Source: Octopus bimaculoides
Lineage: Eukaryota
Assembly (NCBI RefSeq): GCF_001194135.2
Contig: NC_068981.1
Coordinates: 9,634,929-9,670,607 of the forward strand
Length of the DNA stretch: 35,679 bases
Direction: 5' to 3'
Made by a program: the position numbers and the translations under genes. Every line of letters begins with the position of its first letter. Position 1 is the stretch's first letter. The notes under the pieces are model-generated. The model did no database searches, was not told where the DNA came from, and was given only the letters and a program-made list of their open reading frames with translations. Below are positions 1 to 10,890 of the stretch, piece by piece.

Positions 1-54
<54 letters not shown>
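1..54. repeat. (AC)n microsatellite, runs off window start
   Basis: Perfect AC dinucleotide run seen directly. Confidence 0.99.
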
Positions 55-57
<3 letters not shown>

Positions 58-378
58 TCAACGGTAGAACAGAAAGAACACAAGAAACGGAAACCATCAA
101 AACACAACATGCGGAAAAATAGACGATAGCACGACAAACGGAAAACAGGACAAAAACAAGATACACGGATCATTCGCAGCCAATTATCTTTTCAGTCGGA
201 GTTTGGAATGTCTTTGTAGTTTGGCCCCCTTATCTTCGATATTACTCGGAAAAGCAAACAAATGTATATAAGAACGAAAACAGGAACAGAAACAAAAACG
301 AGAAAGCTAGAATTATACACGTACGACAGAACGCCTTTCGGTTATGCATGTATGTATGTATTTAGAGAAAGAGTTACG

Positions 379-418
379 CGAGAGAGTGAGAGAGAGAGAG
401 AAAGAGAGAGACAGAGAC

Positions 419-449
<31 letters not shown>

Positions 450-508
450 AAGAAATAGAGAGAGAAAGAGAGAGGGAGAGAGAAAGTGAAAAAGAGAGAG
501 AAAGAGAG
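379..508. repeat. Imperfect (AG)n/(AGAC) microsatellite
   Basis: AG-rich run; explains the ER-repeat ORF 262..489. Confidence 0.97.
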
Positions 509-850
509 GTAAAATCAGCTTAAGACATTTGACTACGGGAAGATTAAATCTGCTTCTACGTACACGAAAATAAATATTTATATTTTGTAAATTGGCAATT
601 CTTGGACGGAATATTTCGTTTCTGGCAAAACGATGACGATTTCGTGCAGGAGCGATAAATATATAGAATATGAATATTTATTTTCATGTGAGCACATTGA
701 GGTTTAATTTTCACCCATGTCAAACGCTTTAAGCTGTTTTTCCATTTCTGTGAATAATATTCAGAGACGAAATTTCTCTTTTCATTTGAGTTTGCAGCTA
801 AAATTACAACGTAGAGATAATAACGCATTGCATTACGAAATATTTGTCTT

Positions 851-895
<45 letters not shown>
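851..895. repeat. (ACT)n microsatellite
   Basis: Perfect trinucleotide run. Confidence 0.98.
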
Positions 896-1428
896 ATTGT
901 TTGTTTTTATGTTACGTTATATATGAAAACAATTTCCTCAGTCCTTTTTAGTAGCGTACATGTTTATTAACTTTTACTAGGGAAAGTTTTACCTCGACAG
1001 AACTATTTCAAACCTAACCGACTTATTGATTGACCGAACTGTACAAACAATCAATTATTTAATTGGTTAAATAGCTATCTAATTGACTAATGATAATAGA
1101 AGTAAAATTGGACCAGTGCATGTGTTTGTTATTGGCATAATAAGCCTCCTTATATACAACAAAAATGTTTCAACATACGAGTTTAAATCAAGAATCTTGA
1201 GAACCAAGTACAAAAAACGATATATATATATATATATATATATGTATATGTATGTATGTGTGTGTATAAAATTCTACACCAGCCTTTTTTCTTTTGTCTG
1301 TTGTGTTCGGTCAGTGCAGTACATGTCACATAACTGCATGTGAACACTTAGAAACTTCTCTGAGATAGGGAATTTTACATATGTTTCTTAACTACGAAGG
1401 ATCCACGTAACTATCTTGCGTTAATATA

Positions 1429-1645
1429 TTTATTTCTTTATTGCCCACAGGGGGGACAAACAAGGACAAAGGGATTAAGTCGATTATATCGATCCCATTG
1501 CGTAATTTGTACTTATTTAAATGACCCCGAAAGGATGAAAGGCAAAGTCCACCTCGGCGGAATTTGAACTCAGAACGTAACGGCAGACGAAATACCGCTA
1601 AGCATTTCGCCCGGCGTTGCTAACGATTCTGCCAGCTCGCCGTCT
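1429..1645 (-). mobile_element. tRNA-headed SINE, family A (my label), full length with 15-bp TSD
   Basis: Minus strand reads GGCGAGCTGGCAGAATCGTTAG (A-box-like) ... GAGTTCAAATTCC (B-box-like) ... A-rich tail GGGCAATAAAGAAATAAA. Flanked by the perfect direct repeat TCTTGCGTTAATATA at 1414-1428 and 1646-1660. Confidence 0.93.
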
Positions 1646-2754
1646 TCTTGCGTTAATATACTGAGGTGGCTTTGGGTGCTGAAATAGATAGCTTAGTGCT
1701 TGATGAGTACCGATAAGCTGTTACACTGAATCAGATGTAAAATAATTGTTGTTGTGGCACGTCTGCTCTGATCTGCTGTTGTAATCATCGCATTACCTTA
1801 TCCCATGCTGGAGCATGCTGCCCGTATCGTGTCCTTCTCTAGTAGGCCCGACGCTGTCCTAGTTCAGTGTTGATTGTACACTTCGATAGAAGCTAGAATG
1901 TGCACGTAGACAGTGAATCTCACTTCACTCGTGCCAACGATTACTTTTCTATATTTACAATATTTTGGGAGTTTTATATAGTACAGACCCAATTTTAGTC
2001 CTTGGAGCTTTCTCCATGACAGCGGGTTTGCTTCTTATGTTGTTTTTTTATCCGTTTGAATAATCGATTTCCGCTCCATTCTTATTTTTAGTTTTATTTA
2101 TTTTTAGCGGCATCGCTTCTGGTGGTTGGGATATGTGGCGACACTAAATGTACTTTATATTTTGTCATTCCTCAGAGTATTTCTGTTGCATTAGTTTAAC
2201 AAGAAGTAGTGGCTGAAATAATATCTCGTTTTTGCTTTAGGTACATTAGTCCTGCGTTTTAATATTAGTGTTAATACACTGAAGTGGAGAATTATGATAG
2301 CATATGAACGAGAAAATTTCTTTTTCCTATTTTCTCTCAATCTGTGCAATTCTCTTCTAGAAACTATAGCGACTCAAGTTTTCTTCATATATCCTTTCCA
2401 ACAGATCTCTTTTGAAGTTTTCATGCCTAGAGGAGTAGTCGAATTTCTGCGATTTTCCATTTTTGTCTTGCCATTTTCTTATTTTATATGATTTTTATTT
2501 ATTTTTTATTAATACTATACACTGCTTAGGATCTACCATATAAAAGTTTAGCAATTACGAAAAAATCTAAGGAACTACTTTCCGATATTATTTTTTATTT
2601 ATGATTGCTGCTTAGAACCTACGACATAAAAGTCCAAAAATAGTTTTAAAGTATCTTAAATATGAGGTAATACAAGAAAACTACTCTATGATTTTTATTT
2701 CTGTATATTTTTCTTAATCTTTTTGTCAGAAGGGAAGGCAGTGCACATGATTTG

Positions 2755-2830
2755 TTACAGGACCTGCGAGACAGACTGGTGGAGGAAGATAACCTCAAAC
2801 CGAAAACCAGAGGGTTGTAAGCAGTAATTA
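2755..2830 (+). mobile_element. Possible degraded RTE LINE 5'-UTR fragment
   Basis: AGACTGGTGGAGGAAGATAACCTCAAACC loosely resembles GCAGCCTGCCTAGGAGAAGGAAATATCC at ~9260 and RTE 5'-UTR motifs as I recall them. Weak. Confidence 0.3.
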
Positions 2831-3499
2831 TAATAGGCTTAGCCTTGGCGATGCTAGAAGGTTAGGTTCAACCAGACGACGGGATATTAACCTATCGCAG
2901 AGGTTAAGTCTACTAAGATTGCCGCTTATAACCTACTGTTTGAAAGATCAACAGTAGCCTTGGAGTGTTTAACTTTTGTAGGAAATTATTAAATCTTGCA
3001 CACATACACACACATACACATGCACACGAATACATACGTATTTGTTCTATTTTCGTTTTGGAAATATCGAAACATTTGAAAATTAGTAATCTTTTTTAAA
3101 GAAAACATATACAAATGAATCTATGAATAAATAAATAGATAAGTAACATCTCGCTTAATATCGGGTAATATTCAAACAGCTATAAGTTGACCGATTCACG
3201 TATAAAATTTGAAGCACGACATCAGAACGAAAATGATCGGGACTGGTGGTATAAAAAGAAAACTACAACATATATCCGTTCGGTGTTTAATCTCCTGCGA
3301 AAGTCACACACTTTATCCAGTGTAGTTTCCATCGATGAAAGCATTCCTGGAACTCCTAATTGTGGAGATAGAGAGTAGCTGCCTCGTCGCATTCTCTTGG
3401 ATTTCCTCGATATCTTCAAATCTTGATTTTTTTTTTTAAGTGTGATTTGATATTTGGGAAAATACTTGGCCGCAATAATCTTCAAGCAGTGTCTCTTTT

Positions 3500-3505
<6 letters not shown>

Positions 3506-3562
<57 letters not shown>

Positions 3563-3571
3563 GCACGCACG
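3506..3571. repeat. (CA)n/(CACG)n microsatellite
   Basis: Seen directly. Confidence 0.98.
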
Positions 3572-4573
3572 CATTTTCATTACCATGGACACCGATGAAA
3601 CCTCTGTGGGGTGGTGAAACGACCGCACTCTATCCACTTTACTCCCAAGCGCTACTATAAACAACGGATGTGAGCGAGAACTTTATAACTTGACCTCGAG
3701 TTCAAGCTAAATCTGTGCTACGCGTACTCTAGGTCCCTTCGTTACCATAGCAAGAACCCTGATAATCCTGGATTGGACCTCGTACATGTCCGCCGTACAC
3801 CAGACGGACGTAATAAAACACGACATGAAGCTGAACCTGACAACTTTCAACAGTCCAATGAAAATCTTTTATATGTTTAAGCAAGAAGTCAATAAATTCG
3901 GTTTGGCTTTGTTGGAAGTGCTGAAAAATTTGAAAATATATAAGTAAATATGAAGCTATGAATACATGAATATATTATTTGGACACGTGTGCACACACCT
4001 ACACATATTTTTTTATGTATACGTGTGCATATAGATATGTAGATATGTGTCGATGTATCAATAAGTACGTGTGCCTTTGTGCGTGTGAATTTATGTTTTA
4101 ATACATACATACACACACACATACATATACATATACACACATTCGTACGTGTTTGTGTACATATACACACATGACCATGCATAGATAAATACGGGCATAT
4201 ATACAGAATAGAGACGCCAGAGAATTATCTGTTTGATCGTTAAATACATATCTATGTTGGCCACGAAAAATACATAATGTTGCCCTATAAATTTCTTTTA
4301 TTCAGTTTTAACGACCTACAAGAGAGATAAACGCAGCAGATCAATTCTCCTGTGGCATCATAAAAATATGAATGCCATTCGAAACAAGATTCACACTTTG
4401 CTAGACTCTCGCCAGATCTACATTGATGTACTGCTCGCATTTATGCGAATGAGGGGAGGGAGCTGTTTCTCCTGCTGTTGCAATTACTTATACATCTCTG
4501 ACAATATCGAGGCCATACAACTGATTAGCAAGATTTTACTCACTAACACAGTCCAAACATTGGCTAACAGATG

Positions 4574-4948
4574 TGTTATGTTTTTATTCCCCTATGCCCC
4601 TATTCTATCGTTACAAGTGTTTTTACCTCTCTATCCAAATTTATGCGACCACCCATGATTACGCCTTGGGTTTCTATCACTATAACTCACTCACTTCCCA
4701 GGTTTCTTCAAGGCTGCTCATCTCTGTAACGTCACGTGTGTATTGCAAACGTGGGCTTGAAAAACATCCAAAATGATCAACAACCACATTTATTTCGCCA
4801 ACTGAGAGAACATGTAAAGATACTGTTTGTGCTGTCTTTTATTCTCTAACAGACATGAAAACATGCTCTTGTTGCTACTGTTCATGCTGCTAGTGTTCTT
4901 GTTCTGAACCTGATTAAATAAAACTGCTACTAACGTGTCCGACTAACA
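4574..4948 (+). mobile_element. Candidate solo LTR (BEL/Gypsy-like)
   Basis: 375-bp segment bounded by TGTTA...TAACA with AATAAA at 4917-4922, ~26 nt before the end. No TSD found (AGATG vs ATTTA). Confidence 0.35.
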
Positions 4949-5080
4949 ATTTACTCACTTGCATACGGACAAACACTTAACTGCACACCAAGTATTAATG
5001 CAAAGAAACTGACGAATAACACCTTTGAAATACATAAATATTTACGTCAAAACACAGATACAGACATACATACACACATG

Positions 5081-5120
<40 letters not shown>

Positions 5121-5637
5121 AACACGCGTACACACAGATGCACATGTGAGCTTCTTGAAGACTTACGAAAGTAACTATACAATCAGTAATATGTACACGT
5201 AGCATGTGCAATATTTTCTCTGAATACCATTAATTTCTTTGAGGTCTCAAGAGGTCACTTTTGTTGTTTTCATATTAATTTCATTTACAAAAATATGTCT
5301 TATTCGTTTAGAATTGGTTAGTTTGAGTATTGTTTTCTCACACTTCCATTTTATACATCCGTACGTTGACTGACAGACACATTTCTATGCTCTCACACAC
5401 ATATACACACACATACACGCATATACATATACATGTATATGCATAAACATATACGTATATATATATATATATATAGGAACTTATATATGTATATGTGTGT
5501 GTGTCTGTGTATGTACACACACACACATAATTTTCATCATGTTGACCCACTAATGCATGGATAGTTTTCTCTTTTTTCTTTTCATTCTCTCTGTTTACTG
5601 AGAGTTCCAACATTAGTTTAGTTAATACCAGCCCGTC

Positions 5638-5638
5638 C

Positions 5639-5703
<65 letters not shown>

Positions 5704-5733
5704 GAATAAGAATAATGATAGTGATAATAATAA

Positions 5734-5768
<35 letters not shown>
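5638..5768. repeat. (AAT)n microsatellite
   Basis: Long, slightly imperfect AAT run; source of the poly-I/L/Y ORFs. Confidence 0.98.
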
Positions 5769-5770
<2 letters not shown>

Positions 5771-5775
5771 TAGTT

Positions 5776-6620
5776 TTGGTCTCTGAGGAGAACCCCAACA
5801 GAATTAAATTTATATCTAATAATTCTAAGATTAAGAATTCTATATACCAATGTAAAATTACTTCCGGCACCGATGTCTATTTCTATATTGGCGCTTCCTC
5901 TTCCCAGTTATCTAAGAGAATTTCCAATCATTATTCCTCGTTTAGGGATAGTAGTAAACGCAATTGCACAGGGCTTAGTAAATTGGTTTGGTATCTTAAA
6001 GGCAACACTAAGGATTTTAATTTAGATTGGCTCATCCTGTCCATCTCTTTCCCTTATACACAAGGGCAAAGGAATCCGTAACATTTGCAACTCTGAACTC
6101 TTCCATATTCTCTTCTCTAAGAATCACCTTGTTAACACTCTTATAGAGCGATCTTACAAATGTAACCTTTAGCTCATATAAGTGATTTATACCAGTCTGT
6201 ATAGTTTGAACATTTAGTTCACTTTGCACTTTACTTCAATAGAGAAATCTACTTCCAAGCCTTTGAACATTTTTTCAAACGACATATTCCTCTATATTTC
6301 TCCTTTATTTGTTCTCTATTTATCATTTCTTTACCTCTTTTCTTCCTATGGTCTACCTTTAACGTCAGATCTACTAACGGTTATTTAAAAATACTTAATA
6401 ATAATACTTAATAACGTTCTGTTTATCATTTATGCAATCATCAAAATTGTTATGATGTCTTGTTATTGAGATGGGTTCTCTTTCTTTCCTGATGAGAAGA
6501 TTACATTATTTTGCACCGTTTATTCCTTTGAAATAAAACCAATGTTCTCTTCGAAACTTATGTCGAAAGTAAAAGAATTTGAATAACATTTGCGTTTATC
6601 TCCATTTATTTACTTATATA
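5776..6620 (+). mobile_element. 5'-truncated Penelope-like retroelement: GIY-YIG endonuclease remnant plus 3' region
   Basis: ORF 5776..6081 has SIYQCKI...YFYIG...KRISNHYSSF...TGLSKLVWYLK...WLIL...PY, the PLE GIY-YIG pattern. After a frameshift near 6077 it continues NICNSELFHILFS...KC. A hammerhead motif follows at 6476-6577. Ends approximate. Confidence 0.88.
6476..6577 (+). ncRNA. Type I hammerhead ribozyme motif (PLE-associated)
   Basis: Core CTGATGA 6489-6495 and GAAA 6553-6556. Stem II 6496-6507 pairs with 6541-6552 (10/12 bp, closing G-C). Stem III is AC/GT around a TTAT loop. Cleavage triplet GTC 6562-6564. Stem I CTTTC 6484-6488 pairs with GAAAG 6565-6569 and extends with mismatches to 6476/6577. 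Confidence 0.85.
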
Positions 6621-6963
6621 TAGTATATATATATAAATAATACATTCTTAAATCTCTCACGGAGACCTATAAAGTAGCAGAACGGTAAAGTGATAGTATG
6701 TTGTCAACTTAATGTGACAGTCCCTTGAAAAGGAAGAATGCTACTGCTCTTTAGCCTCAGGAAACACCGTTTCCTGTTGGCCTTGACGCATTTCCTTTGT
6801 CCCCATGTTTACAAACGTGAGATAGGCACCTTCATCCAACAAAGCCAGCATCTAGAGACTAGATGCTCATCATTGCTCATCATTAGTCTGGAGTTTCATA
6901 GCTTGCTAGCTGTCGATATACAAATACAAATACATACATACACACATACATACATACATATAT

Positions 6964-6973
6964 NNNNNNNNNN
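6964..6973. other. Assembly gap (10 N)
   Basis: N run. Confidence 1.
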
Positions 6974-7290
6974 ATGCATGCATATGTAAATATATATGCA
7001 TTATCAATGTCACATGCTCAATGTATTTGTGTTCTTAAACGCTTCCGGATTGCAATATTTCGTCAAAGGAAAATCCTTCTAAAGACGTACAGAGTTACGA
7101 AAACACAATATACATCAGAGCCTGGGGAAACGATTTGTCCCAGAAGTGAACGGGTGCGACAGACATCGATACTTTGCAGGTATTTCTGCTCATCGCTGCT
7201 GTGTAATTCATTCACTCTCGAAAAAATTCGAATCGCTGGCCAGAGGAACATACAGTCAGCGTAAAATTTGTCTACTGAGATGCAACGGCA

Positions 7291-7417
<127 letters not shown>

Positions 7418-8291
7418 ACACAAGGGAACATGGATTTTAAAATCCAGGTGGATCTTTTTGAAACAACCTGTGATAATATCTCTTATTATATAAAATAATA
7501 CAAATATATATTAGTAACCACCGAATATAGTCCAAAAGTGGAGATGACATTGCTAAATGTGCATTTCTGCTTTATTAGGCTTCGTCAGTAATAAGTACCC
7601 ATTAGCGATCACATGGTAAGACAAAATTCATCGTCACTAATGCAGGAAAATTGTGACTGAAAAATATCACTGATGCTGCAATTAGCCAGCCGGCTGAATA
7701 AAAACTTGTGATATTCAACGTAAGCAGTATTAGTTTAAAATAGCAATGTGTGTCACATTTAATGCACCGGCAAAAAGCAAAGTTACTGCGGTATTCACAC
7801 GCAGATAAAATCTTTTATAAACGTGTAGTGGATACTTGTTACTGACGAATTACGAAGAGGCAGAAATGCACAGCTACCAATACCGCCAGCGCACTGGAGA
7901 ATTTCCCCCTGCTACTGATATATTTTCGTTTTATTTAACACTTTACGTCTATAAGAGATATTCTCGCTGAACGAATACCTCTGTAAATTTGACTTTCCGT
8001 GATGTATTTGCATTAAATATGATACACAGGTTGCTATTTAATATATATATATATATATATCACTCAATATTTCATCTACATTCAATACTTTCTTTCATGG
8101 TGCCATCCATTTTATTTTATTTTATTTTATATTGTATATTGTATATTATATTATATATTGTATATTCCATATTCTATACCCCACATTAGTTCTGCAGGAA
8201 TATAAATAAAACATAAAAAACAGACAGTGTTGGAACTCTTTTAAGCAAAATAATATATTCCTCTATACACAATCATACAAAAAAACCCACC

Positions 8292-9019
8292 NNNNNNNNN
8301 NNNNNNNNNNNNNNNNNNNNNNNNNNNNNNNNNNNNNNNNNNNNNNNNNNNNNNNNNNNNNNNNNNNNNNNNNNNNNNNNNNNNNNNNNNNNNNNNNNNN
8401 NNNNNNNNNNNNNNNNNNNNNNNNNNNNNNNNNNNNNNNNNNNNNNNNNNNNNNNNNNNNNNNNNNNNNNNNNNNNNNNNNNNNNNNNNNNNNNNNNNNN
8501 NNNNNNNNNNNNNNNNNNNNNNNNNNNNNNNNNNNNNNNNNNNNNNNNNNNNNNNNNNNNNNNNNNNNNNNNNNNNNNNNNNNNNNNNNNNNNNNNNNNN
8601 NNNNNNNNNNNNNNNNNNNNNNNNNNNNNNNNNNNNNNNNNNNNNNNNNNNNNNNNNNNNNNNNNNNNNNNNNNNNNNNNNNNNNNNNNNNNNNNNNNNN
8701 NNNNNNNNNNNNNNNNNNNNNNNNNNNNNNNNNNNNNNNNNNNNNNNNNNNNNNNNNNNNNNNNNNNNNNNNNNNNNNNNNNNNNNNNNNNNNNNNNNNN
8801 NNNNNNNNNNNNNNNNNNNNNNNNNNNNNNNNNNNNNNNNNNNNNNNNNNNNNNNNNNNNNNNNNNNNNNNNNNNNNNNNNNNNNNNNNNNNNNNNNNNN
8901 NNNNNNNNNNNNNNNNNNNNNNNNNNNNNNNNNNNNNNNNNNNNNNNNNNNNNNNNNNNNNNNNNNNNNNNNNNNNNNNNNNNNNNNNNNNNNNNNNNNN
9001 NNNNNNNNNNNNNNNNNNN
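8292..9019. other. Assembly gap
   Basis: N run. Confidence 1.
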
Positions 9020-9159
9020 TATCGTGTGTGTGTACTTTGTGTGTGCATTTTTGTGAGTGTTGTGGTCTATATATTGTATAAAATATTTTTATTTTATGTA
9101 CTTCTACATCCCCGAATTTATTTTATTCTTTTATTTCTATTTTATCTTCAACTTTCCGT

Positions 9160-9912
9160 CTGTGTTTGGAGTATGTGGGGTTGCATCCGACATGGCGTAA
9201 CGTCCATGCCCTGTATAGCTGGAATGGAGGTAGACAGGACACCCTGAGCCGAGGTGAAGGCAGCCTGCCTAGGAGAAGGAAATATCCTATAAGAAAAACC
9301 AGCCGCGGAACTGAAATACCAAGTTGGTGTCTGGCGCGGGATAAATTTACCTCATGGCTAGGGAGAAGTCTTAAGCCTTGGACAGCAATCTCCCTTGAGA
9401 TGGTGTCTCGTATGTAAAAATACCCGGATGTAGGACTGGCGATCCATTTCTGTATCAGCTACTGAAAGAATCACCATGACGTCCACTTGCAGCGTCAGGT
9501 TTCGAGTCTCTGCTTGTTCAGTTCCAAATTCTTACTTTGTTTCCCACGAAACATATGATCAGCTACCTCTAAACTCTTTAGAGCGGGGTAGCTGTGAAGA
9601 GGTAGATGTAGATGCAGGAACAACAAACAAAGTGCGGAAATCTGATACCAATATCCCTCAAGCTAAAGCAGAAACGGCTACAATTTGCTGACCACTGTCA
9701 TCAAGCAGAGAAAGAGGTTATCTCATCCCTGCTTCTTTAGCATCCCTCGGGAAGTGTTTTCTCCAGGAAACTGATATTTCCAGATATTATATTCCGGAAC
9801 TCAGGGCTGGATATTAGAAAACTGAACGCAGCAATGCAGGACCGTGTAGTATGGACAGGGATTGTCAATGGAGTTCCGACCAACGATAGGTTGATCGAAG
9901 GATGATGATGAG
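9160..9912 (+). mobile_element. RTE-clade LINE remnant, apparently internally deleted (5' UTR-like part joined to ORF C-terminus and tail)
   Basis: From ~9636 one frame reads GNLIPISLKLKQKRLQFADHCHQAEKEVISSLLL*HP...FPDIIFRNSGLDIRKLNAAMQDRVVWTGIVNGVPTNDRLIEG*, the post-RT RTE C-terminus (RL.FAGHC...W / AMQDR..W..IV pattern), ending in a (TGA)3 tail. The 5' part resembles an RTE 5' UTR; that part is less certain. Confidence 0.8.
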
Positions 9913-9934
9913 ATTCCAAATGCTTGTGTCTACT

Positions 9935-10300
9935 CTCTTTAGATTTACAAACAATTCCATAATCAAACTCTCTTTAGATTTACAAACAATTCCATAATCC
10001 TCACAAATCACACTTTCAGACCGTTCCGGTGAGAAATTAGATTCGGATTTTCGCTTGTCCCTGTTTTCTATTAGCATACCTAATCTTGCAGATTTAGAAT
10101 TTTTTATTACCCTATAACCTAATTTTCTCTATAATTCGCGATCCTGTGCTATTCTTTCAAATGATGTTATATGTATATTTGAATAATACACTTCGATTGT
10201 ATTTTATCATTTTGTCTTAAAAGGAGTCCTCCCATTATTTCCTAAATCATCATAAAGCTGGTTGTACAGAACAATTTTCGTAGGCGTTCCTCATTCATCT
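9935..10300 (-). mobile_element. Degraded RTE (BovB/Expander-like) ORF C-terminus
   Basis: Minus strand: KIVLYNQL...SFERIAQDREL*RKL...ENRDKRKS...VICEDYGIVCKSKESL, matching the LYGEL...WE.LAQDR..WR...KR..RK...C..CG..CKS..GL pattern of RTE C-termini. Confidence 0.68.
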
Positions 10301-10664
10301 CAATTACTTCATCAATTCATCAATTCTGAGAAAGGTTAAAAAAAAAAAAGCTTCAATATCTGAAATACCGTGTTTCTTGGACAGATCGTAATTATAATAA
10401 ATGCTGGGCTCCCAGGTTTTCCCACAGCTGCTGTTCAAAGCAACAGTCATAAAAAGTATCTTATTGTTCTATATAGATCGAATGCGGAGTTAAGGGTCTC
10501 TAATCCATAAATTATATAGAAACGATTGTACGTTTCAGACACGATGCTGTGATATGCTGAAAAGAGTCACTTGCATTGAATAACTTATAATCTGGCAGAG
10601 ACATTTGCATTAATTCTGCAATTCAAATAGCAAAATATTTTATATATGTGAAATCATCAACATT

Positions 10665-10802
10665 TACCTACCTGCCTACCTACCTACCTACCTACCTACC
10701 TACCTACCTACCTACCTACCTACCTTCCTGCCTGCCTGTCTGTCTGGTTGTCTGTCTGCATGTCTGTCTGTATGTCCGTCTGTCTGTCTATGTGTATGTG
10801 TC
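10665..10802. repeat. (CTAC)n grading into (CTGC)/(CTGT)n
   Basis: Seen directly. Confidence 0.96.
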
Positions 10803-10890
10803 TGCAAAAGCACGTTGGCTGAATAGATCGGTGTTATTTCCCTCTACACTCTTACACTTACACAAGAGTTGATATACAGTATGTATAATA

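Noticed and set aside
3690-3880. Open frame SLRYHSKNPDNPGLDLVHVRRTPDG as a possible exon
   Set aside because: No recognisable domain, weak acceptor and no donor before the stop.
5338-5870. 170-aa and 82-aa hydrophobic ORFs resembling membrane proteins
   Set aside because: Poly-I/L/Y come from the (AAT)n microsatellite.
6847-6867. 9-bp perfect hairpin AGCATCTAG-AGA-CTAGATGCT
   Set aside because: Isolated; plausible by chance in 35 kb and no functional context.
8263-9048. 261-aa ORF
   Set aside because: Almost entirely N gap.
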